Source: Bdellovibrionales bacterium (GTDB lineage Bacteria > Bdellovibrionota > Bdellovibrionia > Bdellovibrionales > UBA1609). From it: 64,000 bases of DNA. This document shows positions 17,589-25,387 of this stretch, piece after piece. The notes under the pieces were generated by a model. It worked only from the letters and a program-made list of their open reading frames with translations. It did no database searches and had not been told where the DNA came from. Position 1 is the first letter of the stretch. Every line of letters starts with the position of its first letter. The stretch covers positions 331,388 to 395,387 of the forward strand of contig OZ251471.1 in the NCBI GenBank assembly GCA_965242635.1, written 5' to 3'. A program made the translations under genes and the position numbers.

Positions 17589-18758
17589 ATGAAAAATTTT
17601 TTGGGTCGGGTTCTTTTATTCTGTTTTTTTCTTTCCTGTGAACAGGAGTCCACCACCACCAACAGGCAGTCTTACAAGCAGTTTGATGCCACCACCTGTC
17701 AATCCAATCAGGAAAACAAAAGGGCGGACTTTGGCCAGTTGCAGGAAATAGACAGCAATAATGCCAGCAACTATACTTTTTCCGGCACCTGTGAAAGGGA
17801 GGGTTCAGATGTCAAACTGTATATTGAAGGCCACCCTTTGGATACACAACCTGTTTGTAACAGGGGGGAGTGGCAGATTTCCGCCAATATCAGTGGCATT
17901 GTCAGCAAGAGAAGAAATGTTCAGGTGGCTGTTTCTCAAACCGGCAGTGGAGGGCTTTTGTGTGAAAGAGTGAAAAACCATTTTATATGCCCGGATGGGT
18001 ATATAGCCGTTTCCCAAAGGGACGGGTACACTTCGGATGATTTTTGCGTCATGAAGTATGAAGCCAAGGTCCGTTCCGAATCGGATTTGGGCTCCACTTA
18101 TCACAGGAAACTTGTCAAAGCGGAATCCAGGGCCAATGGGGTGCTCATAACAAGAGTCAGCGAACAGGACGCCATCAAATACTGTGAAGAAAACGGTGCA
18201 GGTTACAGCCTTATCAGCAATGATGAATGGCAAACCATAGCCAGAAACATTGAAGAGGTGGATGTCAACTGGTCCAAAGGGAACAGGGATATTGAAAACG
18301 ACAACCTTCTGAAAGTGGGCAATATTTCCGGCATTAAAGCCAGCAGTGATGAAAAAAGCATAGACGACAAAAGGTGGAGGAAACACGACCGATACCACAA
18401 GCTGTTGAATGGAGAATATATATGGGACTTTGCCGGGAATCTCACAGAAATGGTCCGGCATGATATCAGCTCCCTGCCAGCACAATACAGGGACTATGTT
18501 TACAACATGCCTTTGGAATTAAAAGATCTTTTTGGTCCGGAAAGAGATTACTCTGTTTTTGATGCAAGAGAAAGACACAGGGGCTTTGGCGGACTGGGCT
18601 TTATTCAGGCGGAATCTTTTAAAGGGGCTGTTTTACGCGGAGGCACAGCGGGCAACCGGACTGTGGGGACAGGTATTTTTTCCACAGACACCACAGCCGA
18701 TCCGGAGCGACTGAACTTCCAGACCCGTGTGGGCTTTCGCTGTGTGTATTACCCCTAA
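17589..18758 (+). CDS. lipoprotein with FGE-sulfatase (SUMF1/DUF323) domain
   Basis: MKNFLGRVLLFCFFLSC lipobox. ISNDEWQTIARN, WDFAGNLTEMV, RGG and GFRCVY. The ORF-track start at 17403 overlaps the upstream gene. Confidence 0.7.
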   Translation: MKNFLGRVLLFCFFLSCEQESTTTNRQSYKQFDATTCQSNQENKRADFGQLQEIDSNNASNYTFSGTCEREGSDVKLYIEGHPLDTQPVCNRGEWQISANISGIVSKRRNVQVAVSQTGSGGLLCERVKNHFICPDGYIAVSQRDGYTSDDFCVMKYEAKVRSESDLGSTYHRKLVKAESRANGVLITRVSEQDAIKYCEENGAGYSLISNDEWQTIARNIEEVDVNWSKGNRDIENDNLLKVGNISGIKASSDEKSIDDKRWRKHDRYHKLLNGEYIWDFAGNLTEMVRHDISSLPAQYRDYVYNMPLELKDLFGPERDYSVFDARERHRGFGGLGFIQAESFKGAVLRGGTAGNRTVGTGIFSTDTTADPERLNFQTRVGFRCVYYP

Positions 18759-18889
18759 AAACCTTTAGTTTTTTGTCATCGGGACGAGCAAAGTTGCCCC
18801 ACAGGTTCTGCCCTCAAAACAGTGGTTTAAAATAAAAAACCACAAAAAAACCCAAAACCACAAAAAAAGCTTGTAATTATTACATACTT

Positions 18890-19846
18890 TTGATTTTTTA
18901 TGGATCAGGGTTTGGAAAATATGATAAAAAAGAGGGTATGTCTTGTTTTCCATACCGATCTTTTGAAAAGGGTGTCGCTTCAAAGCTCTCAGCCACGGTC
19001 CTTGTTTTGTTGGCTTTCAGCTCTCACCCCTCTTACTCCTCTTTGGCCTTGGAGCAGGCCTGTGCTTCCTCCTTTTCCTCTGCTGAAGACATTTTTATTG
19101 GCTTTGTCAAAGAAAAATCAGCCGTTTCTGTGAATCCAGTCTGGGAGACCAGAATCTCAAAAGCTCTGCAAAAAACCCTGTGGAAGGCCTCACAGGCGGA
19201 AAACTGGCTCGAAGAAATGATCCAACGAATAGGAGAGGACAACACACTTGCACTTCTGAAAACCCCTTCTTATTTTTTGACAATGACTTACAGGGGCTTT
19301 CAGGAAAAAGTCACTTTATATAAGGAATATTTGGGAGAAGAGGGGGTTAACCACAGACTCCAAAAAAGTCTGGCTGGCTTCCATTTTGGAAATACACAGG
19401 AGATAAAAGCTGTGGTTGACTACTTGAAAAGCTACATGGGAGGGAATCCTGAACAGGCCGAGGCTCTCATTCACAACATGATACAAAAGAACCCCTTTCC
19501 TTTTTCCATTGCCCGGCTGAGTGAACTTAAAAGCGTGGTGGAGTATATGGAACATTATATGGGGGAAAATCCTGAACAGGCCCGTGCTCTGGTGCGTGAC
19601 ATGATCCAAAAGAATCTACAACCTTTTTCCTCTGCCAAATTAAGAAACCTCAAAGGCGTAATGGAGTATATGGAATATTATATAGGAAAAGAACAAGTGA
19701 GGAAAAAAGCACAACAAAGCTTTACCAGCCTGGCCCTCATCAAATTAAATCAGTTGAAAAAATGGAAAGAGGCCTGGGGAGAAGAGGAGTTCAAAAGAAA
19801 ACTGAAATCTTATACCTTAAACCGTCTCATCAACCAATATGCCTGA
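18890..19846 (+). CDS. hypothetical protein with three ~42-aa tandem modules
   Basis: Y(L/M)(K/E)xYMGxNPEQAxALxxxMIQKNxxPFSxAxLxxLK is repeated. Start uncertain. Confidence 0.5.
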   Translation: MIFYGSGFGKYDKKEGMSCFPYRSFEKGVASKLSATVLVLLAFSSHPSYSSLALEQACASSFSSAEDIFIGFVKEKSAVSVNPVWETRISKALQKTLWKASQAENWLEEMIQRIGEDNTLALLKTPSYFLTMTYRGFQEKVTLYKEYLGEEGVNHRLQKSLAGFHFGNTQEIKAVVDYLKSYMGGNPEQAEALIHNMIQKNPFPFSIARLSELKSVVEYMEHYMGENPEQARALVRDMIQKNLQPFSSAKLRNLKGVMEYMEYYIGKEQVRKKAQQSFTSLALIKLNQLKKWKEAWGEEEFKRKLKSYTLNRLINQYA

Positions 19847-19858
19847 AAACAGGGAAAT

Positions 19859-20962
19859 TCACCTCTTTGCCGGTCGGTTCGCGACCTTTTTCCTGTTTAA
19901 AGGGATTTTAATGGGATGGCTTTTCTCCAGCATGCGGGCCAGATGAGTGATATTTAAATGTGTGTATTTCTCTGTGGCGGAAAGAGAGCTGTGCCCCAAC
20001 AACTCCTGAAGAGAACGCAAGTCAGAACCACTGCTCAACAGATGAGTGGCAAAGCTGTGCCTTAAAACATGAGGGCTTATGGGTTTGTTCAATCCGGCTT
20101 TTTGACCCCAATACCGGACCCGGTCATAAGCCTTTCTGACAGAAAGGCCCAGCACCAGGCCATTTAAAGAGGGACAGAGACCTCTTTGAAACTGAAATTC
20201 CTTTAAAGCCATTTCCGGCAAAACACAAAGCCTCTCCCTTCCCCCCTTGCCCCGGATCCGTAAAAACCGGTCCTCCACCTGCCTCCACTTCAATCCACAG
20301 GCCTCACTGACCCTCAAGCCCCCTCCATAAAGCATTAAAATCAACAACAGATCCCTTCTGTTATCTTGATGAGCGGATTGTCCCGATACGGCCTGTTTCA
20401 CTGTCTGAACAAGGCACAAGGCCTCATCCACAGACAAATAATGAGGGAGTTTCCGGGGAACAGAAACCAGTTTAATGCGGGAATGAAGGTCCTGTTTTAT
20501 CAAACCCTCCTCAAACAGCCATTTCAGAAAAGCCCGGACACAGGCCATTTTACGGTTCTGGCTGGCCGGGGCCAGTTGGGCCCATTTCCGGGCACTTTTA
20601 TGGACCGACTGCTCCAATTTTGCCAAAAAAAGCCCCCTGTCTGACCTTAAAACACCCCCGGCGGGCACGGCCAGCTCATCATGAGACAGGTCCAAAAAGC
20701 AGTTTTGGGCCTCTGTTGAAAGAAAAGACAGACAGGGAGAGGAGAAAAAAGCCAGGAACTGTCTTAAATCCATACAGTAAGATTTCAGGGTATGGGGCGA
20801 GCAGGACCTCTGAAATTCCAAATATTTCAGATATTTACAAATAAATTGTCGTATTTTAAGACAGTGTGTAAATATTACACGGTCTGATTTTTTTAACTTT
20901 TTTGTAAAAAATTTACATATTTTCATTGAAAAATTTTCAATACTTTGGTAGACAAATGACAC
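19859..20962 (-). CDS. tyrosine recombinase, XerC/XerD-like
   Basis: GLRVSEACGLKW, HVLRHSFATHLL and LLGHSSLSATEKYTH (R..HxxR..Y). The C-terminal KVANRPAKR is encoded by an R3-like unit (19862-19893). Start uncertain. Confidence 0.8.
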   Translation of the reverse strand: MSFVYQSIENFSMKICKFFTKKLKKSDRVIFTHCLKIRQFICKYLKYLEFQRSCSPHTLKSYCMDLRQFLAFFSSPCLSFLSTEAQNCFLDLSHDELAVPAGGVLRSDRGLFLAKLEQSVHKSARKWAQLAPASQNRKMACVRAFLKWLFEEGLIKQDLHSRIKLVSVPRKLPHYLSVDEALCLVQTVKQAVSGQSAHQDNRRDLLLILMLYGGGLRVSEACGLKWRQVEDRFLRIRGKGGRERLCVLPEMALKEFQFQRGLCPSLNGLVLGLSVRKAYDRVRYWGQKAGLNKPISPHVLRHSFATHLLSSGSDLRSLQELLGHSSLSATEKYTHLNITHLARMLEKSHPIKIPLNRKKVANRPAKR

Positions 20963-20964
20963 GC

Positions 20965-20981
20965 TGTCTCATAATGAGACA
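20965..20981. promoter_or_regulatory. perfect palindrome TGTCTCAT-A-ATGAGACA in the divergent xer/EBP intergenic region
   Basis: 8-bp arms with a 1-nt spacer, between the GTG start at 20962 and the ATG at 21014. Confidence 0.4.
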
Positions 20982-21013
20982 CATGACAGAAACCCACGGA
21001 AGGAGAAAAAGCC

Positions 21014-22027
21014 ATGATTCCCTACTTAAGCAAAGGACAAGGTAACATTTTAATGAACAAAGTGGAAGAAAAGAATTTGGAAAAAATCATCCATTGTTCT
21101 GACATCATAAAACAGACGCTGAAAACAGTGGATCGGGTGTCTGCCACCGACTCGACTGTGCTCATTACCGGCCGGAGTGGCACGGGCAAGGAAATGACAG
21201 CCAAGAGAATACATGGCAGGAGCTACAGGAAAAATCGCCACTTTGTGGTGATTAACTGCAGTTGTCTGAATGAGAACACAGTGGAAAGTGAGCTGTTTGG
21301 ACATGAAAAAGGGGCTTTTACAGGTGCGGTTCGCCAAAAAACCGGGCTGTTGGAAAAAGCCAATGGAGGCACTTTGCTTTTGGACGAAGTGGCCGAGCTG
21401 AATCTGAAAATGCAGACCAAGTTGCTTCGCCTTTTACAGGGAGGGGAGATCCATCGGGTGGGAGGCACTGTGCCCATAAAACTGAACGTCCGGGTTATAT
21501 CCTGCACCAACAAAAACCTGGCAAAAGAGGTGATCAAAGGCCGGTTCAGGGAGGATCTCTATTACCGAATCAACACCATTGCCATAAATTTGCCCTCTCT
21601 TTCCGAGAGACCGGAGGATATCCCTTTATTGTTAAAACATTTTCTGGGCCGGATAGAGTTGGAAGAGTCCACTTTAAAGACACTGATCAACTACTCCTGG
21701 CCGGGCAACGTGAGAGAGCTGAAAAACCTGTGTGAAAGACTGCGTATTATGCACGAAGAGGGCAGTACCATCCAAAAGAAACAGCTCCCGGAAGAATTTT
21801 GGAACAAAAAAAGAGCCTCTGCCATGTCTTATGATCCCAATATGAGCCTGGCGGATGTAAACAAAGCACATATACTGAACGCCCTGGAGCACTTTGCCTC
21901 CAAAAGAAAGGCGGCCAGAGCCTTGGGCATCACAGTCAAAACACTCTATAATCGTCTGCATGAATATGGCGTGTTTGAGAATTATGCCCTGCACCCCTCC
22001 ATGCGTTCAACAGAAGTGGAGCTGTAA
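21014..22027 (+). CDS. sigma-54 enhancer-binding protein without a receiver or sensor domain (AAA+ + HTH only)
   Basis: GRSGTGKE, ESELFGHEKGAFTGA and the C-terminal HTH AARALGITVKTLYNRL. Only about 40 aa precede the AAA+ core. Confidence 0.85.
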   Translation: MIPYLSKGQGNILMNKVEEKNLEKIIHCSDIIKQTLKTVDRVSATDSTVLITGRSGTGKEMTAKRIHGRSYRKNRHFVVINCSCLNENTVESELFGHEKGAFTGAVRQKTGLLEKANGGTLLLDEVAELNLKMQTKLLRLLQGGEIHRVGGTVPIKLNVRVISCTNKNLAKEVIKGRFREDLYYRINTIAINLPSLSERPEDIPLLLKHFLGRIELEESTLKTLINYSWPGNVRELKNLCERLRIMHEEGSTIQKKQLPEEFWNKKRASAMSYDPNMSLADVNKAHILNALEHFASKRKAARALGITVKTLYNRLHEYGVFENYALHPSMRSTEVEL

Positions 22028-22043
22028 GCCCTGGATTTTAATT

Positions 22044-22648
22044 TTACCCATGTCTTCCGTCCATGTATTGCTCCATGGAGGCATGTATCACGGGGGCCAG
22101 GTCCTTAAAAGAGGGAAAAGCCCCCATCAGCTCTTCATGCTCTGCCACAGTGAGTTTCAAAAGGGCTTTTTGCTTTTGCAGTTCCTTTGGCAAAACCCCC
22201 AGCCCCAGCAGAAGGCGAAATTCAAACACAAAGAGGAGGGCGGGCAAACAAGGGCTTTTTTCCAAAGCACTTAAGGCATTGCCCAAGAGTTAAAGAGATC
22301 GGGGTTGTCCTCCACCCCTTCCTGACCTGTTTTTTCCACAAGGGACAGGAAATAAATAGCCATCTCCATGCGATCATAGCTTTCTCTCAACCTTTCAAAT
22401 CGCTGTAAAGACCATGCTTCACAGAGAAAATGCAGGGTGGCATGGATTTTACGGGATTTTTTATACTCCACACCAATAAAATTCCCCGGTTCCAGCACAC
22501 CGCCTGCAAATCTTTTTTTGCTCCTCAAGGCCCCTTTGGCCATAAAAGACAAAAGGGCCCCCCGCTGGTTCAGGGCCCGGACAATGAGGTCGGATTCCCC
22601 AAAACGGACCTGCTTTAAAACGATCACTTTATCCTTCAACAAAGACAT
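22044..22648 (-). pseudogene. recO: recO split into two ORFs by an apparent 1-nt frameshift near 22285
   Basis: The N-terminal OB part is LKQVRFGESDLIVRALNQRGALLSFMAKGALRSKKRF. The sequence NPDLFNSWAMP* continues as LGNALSALEKS... in another frame. Confidence 0.6.
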
Positions 22649-22962
22649 AATAAGAGCCTTTTCTCATGGGCGATGACTGCAATACCGGCAATGGACAATA
22701 ATCCCACTGCCATGTTCGATCTTGTCTCAAAATGACCCCTTTTACCAGCTTTTTATTGACAGATCGCACACCGACTGACAAAAAAGGCAAAATAGGACAC
22801 TGCGTTATATTTTTGACAAAAAAAGGCATGCACTGTCCCCTTGCCATCACCCTCTTTTTATAGTAGTGCTTAAAAAAGTGTCTTTTTTCAGGATGGAACA
22901 ACCGGCCCTGCCATCGGGGCAGGTTCAATATCATTGAGGTAACCACAACCAGGAAACAGTAA

Positions 22963-24405
22963 ATGTTCATCACTACAGAACCAAAACCCAGTATAAATAA
23001 AGAGCATGTATTTTTAACAAAAATAGAAAGGTCAGATGCTTTTCTTGCAAATTATTTTTGGGACAAATTGGTTATTGACGACAGGCTTAAAAGAAAAATG
23101 GTCAGTTTTCAAGCCAACAAGAACCATAAATACTACAGATGGTATAAATACAAAGAAGCTTTTTCCTCAGACTTGGTTAAATATCTTTTTGGTAAATACC
23201 CGGTTAATAAAGGAACGGTTTTTGATCCTTTTGCAGGAGCAGGCACAGCTCTTTTTGCCTGTGCTGAATTGGGTTACCATACTGATGGTGTTGAAGTCCT
23301 TCCAATAGGGCAACAAATTATATCAGCCAATATTTTGGCCAGAAATCACTGTAACCCATTCTTGGTTGAAAAGTTAAAATACTGGTCAGAAAATGCCATT
23401 TGGGACCGTAAAGGAAAGATAAAGCCTTTTGAAATTTTGCGAATAACAAAAGGAGCTTATCCTCCGGAAACGCATTATAAAATCAAAAGATATTTATATG
23501 AATTACAACATGAGAAGACAGAAGTTCAAAAAATACTTATGCTTGCTCTGTTATGTATTTTGGAATCAGTAAGTTATACCAGAAAAGATGGACAATTTCT
23601 ACGCTGGGATATGAGATCAGGTCGTGGAAATGGAAAAAATTTATTTAATAAAGGTGAAATTATCCCTTTTGGCCAAGCTATAAAGAAAAAGCTTGCAGAA
23701 ATTATAGAAGATATAACTGTAAACAGTGAGAATATGGATTTTTTTTCAGATATAAATACAAATTCTCAAGTCGGAAGGGTCCAATTATTGAAAGGTTCCT
23801 GTTTAAATGTGTTACCTAAAGTACAAGATGAATACTATACAGGCATTATTACTTCCCCTCCGTATTGCAACCGCTATGATTATACAAGAACTTATGCTTT
23901 GGAACATGCTGTTTTGGGCATCGATGATTCCGAACTGTCATTATTGCGTCAGGCCATGTTAAGTTGCACTGTTGAAAATAAATCAAAAAAATTGCTGTCA
24001 ATTAACAAAGAATGGAAACCAGCAATGGATATTTGCAGTAACCAGGAATTGTTGCATGACATATTAAGCTACCTGGAGTACAAAAAAGAAAAAAAAGAGC
24101 TTAATAACAACGGGATAGTGAAAATGGTCAAAGGATATTTTTATGAGATGGCTTGTGTGATTCAGGAGTGTTATAGAATTTTGAGCCCCAATGGCTATAT
24201 GTTTATGGTAAACGATAATGTCAGATATGCTGGAGTGTCTGTCTCTGTTGATATGATTTTGTCCAAAATGGCAGAACAGCTTGGTTTTACAGTCGAGAAT
24301 ATCCTTTTCCTCCCTCAAGGAAAAGGCAACAGCTCCCAACAAATGGACAGACATGGCAAGAAAGAATTGAGAAAATGTATATATGTATGGAGAAAGGAAA
24401 AGTAA
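22963..24405 (+). CDS. DNA amino-methyltransferase (N6-A or N4-C)
   Basis: Motif I VFDPFAGAGTALF lies about 200 aa upstream of motif IV IITSPPYCNRYDY. More A/T-rich by eye than the flanking genes. Confidence 0.75.
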   Translation: MFITTEPKPSINKEHVFLTKIERSDAFLANYFWDKLVIDDRLKRKMVSFQANKNHKYYRWYKYKEAFSSDLVKYLFGKYPVNKGTVFDPFAGAGTALFACAELGYHTDGVEVLPIGQQIISANILARNHCNPFLVEKLKYWSENAIWDRKGKIKPFEILRITKGAYPPETHYKIKRYLYELQHEKTEVQKILMLALLCILESVSYTRKDGQFLRWDMRSGRGNGKNLFNKGEIIPFGQAIKKKLAEIIEDITVNSENMDFFSDINTNSQVGRVQLLKGSCLNVLPKVQDEYYTGIITSPPYCNRYDYTRTYALEHAVLGIDDSELSLLRQAMLSCTVENKSKKLLSINKEWKPAMDICSNQELLHDILSYLEYKKEKKELNNNGIVKMVKGYFYEMACVIQECYRILSPNGYMFMVNDNVRYAGVSVSVDMILSKMAEQLGFTVENILFLPQGKGNSSQQMDRHGKKELRKCIYVWRKEK

Positions 24406-25373
24406 TGCCTCATTTAAAACATTTAAAATCTTATAAATCTCTCATCACCTCTTATACAGCAACAAGAGCTGGTTTTATTGCATTGGCTTTGGAGAAAAAT
24501 AAAGAAGCAACCCCTTTTGTTGAAGAAGCGAAAGTTTTAAAAGCTATCGCCAAAAAGGCAGATAATCCAAAAGATTTATTGAATATAAAGAATATCCATA
24601 ACGCTTTACTTACAGCTGGTGGTATTTCAGATAAAGCCAAAAAACATCTAAAAGATCATGACAAAAAAATGGCTATCATGGGTTTGATTGAAAATTTTTT
24701 GGAACCAGCCGGGAAATATTTTATAGATGAATTGGTGTATCGATTTTTACTCACAAAAGGAGATACATTGGGAGGTATTATAAGAAACTTGGCTGGTGCT
24801 GAAGGTGAAAGAAAATTTACCAGATTGTTGATTTCAACACTTTGTTTAACAGATAAAAATTTTAAATACCTGGATTTAAAAAGCAAAATATGGACAGAAT
24901 GTGAATCCAGATCACGAGAACTTGATATTGACAGAAGAGTAAAAGCATTATACTGGACATCAAAAAGAAAAAACAGAACCTTGATTTATAATTCAAATGT
25001 TCCTGTTGTTAAAAAGAACATTGATTTATGTTTACTGGAGTGCTCACCGGATAGCATTATCTCTGACAAAAAAAATAATTCCATATATGCCAATCCTGAA
25101 AAATATATTGCTTTGGGTGAGTTGAAAGGCGGTATAGATCCAGCAGGAGCAGATGAGCATTGGAAAACAGCCAACTCCGCTTTAGAAAGAATTAGAAACG
25201 CTTTTCATAAAAATGAAACAAAGCCAGATATATTCTTCATAGGAGCGGCCATAGAGAAAGCCATGGCTCAAGAGATATACCAGCAACTCACAAAAAACTT
25301 TTTAACAAACAGTGCCAACTTGACAAATGAAGACCAGGTAATATCTTTATGCAGGTGGTTAATCGATCTTTAA
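24405..25373 (+). CDS. putative type II restriction endonuclease partner
   Basis: TAATG stop/start overlap with the methyltransferase. Candidate PD-(D/E)XK elements are NIDLCLLE and ALGELKGGIDPAGADEHWKTA. I did not recognise a specific family. Confidence 0.5.
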   Translation: MPHLKHLKSYKSLITSYTATRAGFIALALEKNKEATPFVEEAKVLKAIAKKADNPKDLLNIKNIHNALLTAGGISDKAKKHLKDHDKKMAIMGLIENFLEPAGKYFIDELVYRFLLTKGDTLGGIIRNLAGAEGERKFTRLLISTLCLTDKNFKYLDLKSKIWTECESRSRELDIDRRVKALYWTSKRKNRTLIYNSNVPVVKKNIDLCLLECSPDSIISDKKNNSIYANPEKYIALGELKGGIDPAGADEHWKTANSALERIRNAFHKNETKPDIFFIGAAIEKAMAQEIYQQLTKNFLTNSANLTNEDQVISLCRWLIDL

Positions 25374-25387
25374 AAAAAGAGGAAAGT

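Noticed and set aside
17805-18485. 226-aa minus-strand ORF
   Set aside because: It is antisense to the FGE-sulfatase-domain lipoprotein gene, which has clear family motifs. No motifs are present in the antisense ORF.
19859-20962. Tyrosine recombinase as the integrase of a prophage or integrative element
   Set aside because: There is no adjacent tRNA or att-like direct repeat and no phage or conjugation genes. The domain layout and motifs fit chromosomal XerC/XerD-type recombinases.
22629-22973. 114-aa minus-strand ORF in the recO-methyltransferase intergenic region
   Set aside because: It spans a divergent promoter region containing an R1-type GC hairpin. It has no SD and no motifs, and it overlaps the starts of both neighbouring genes.
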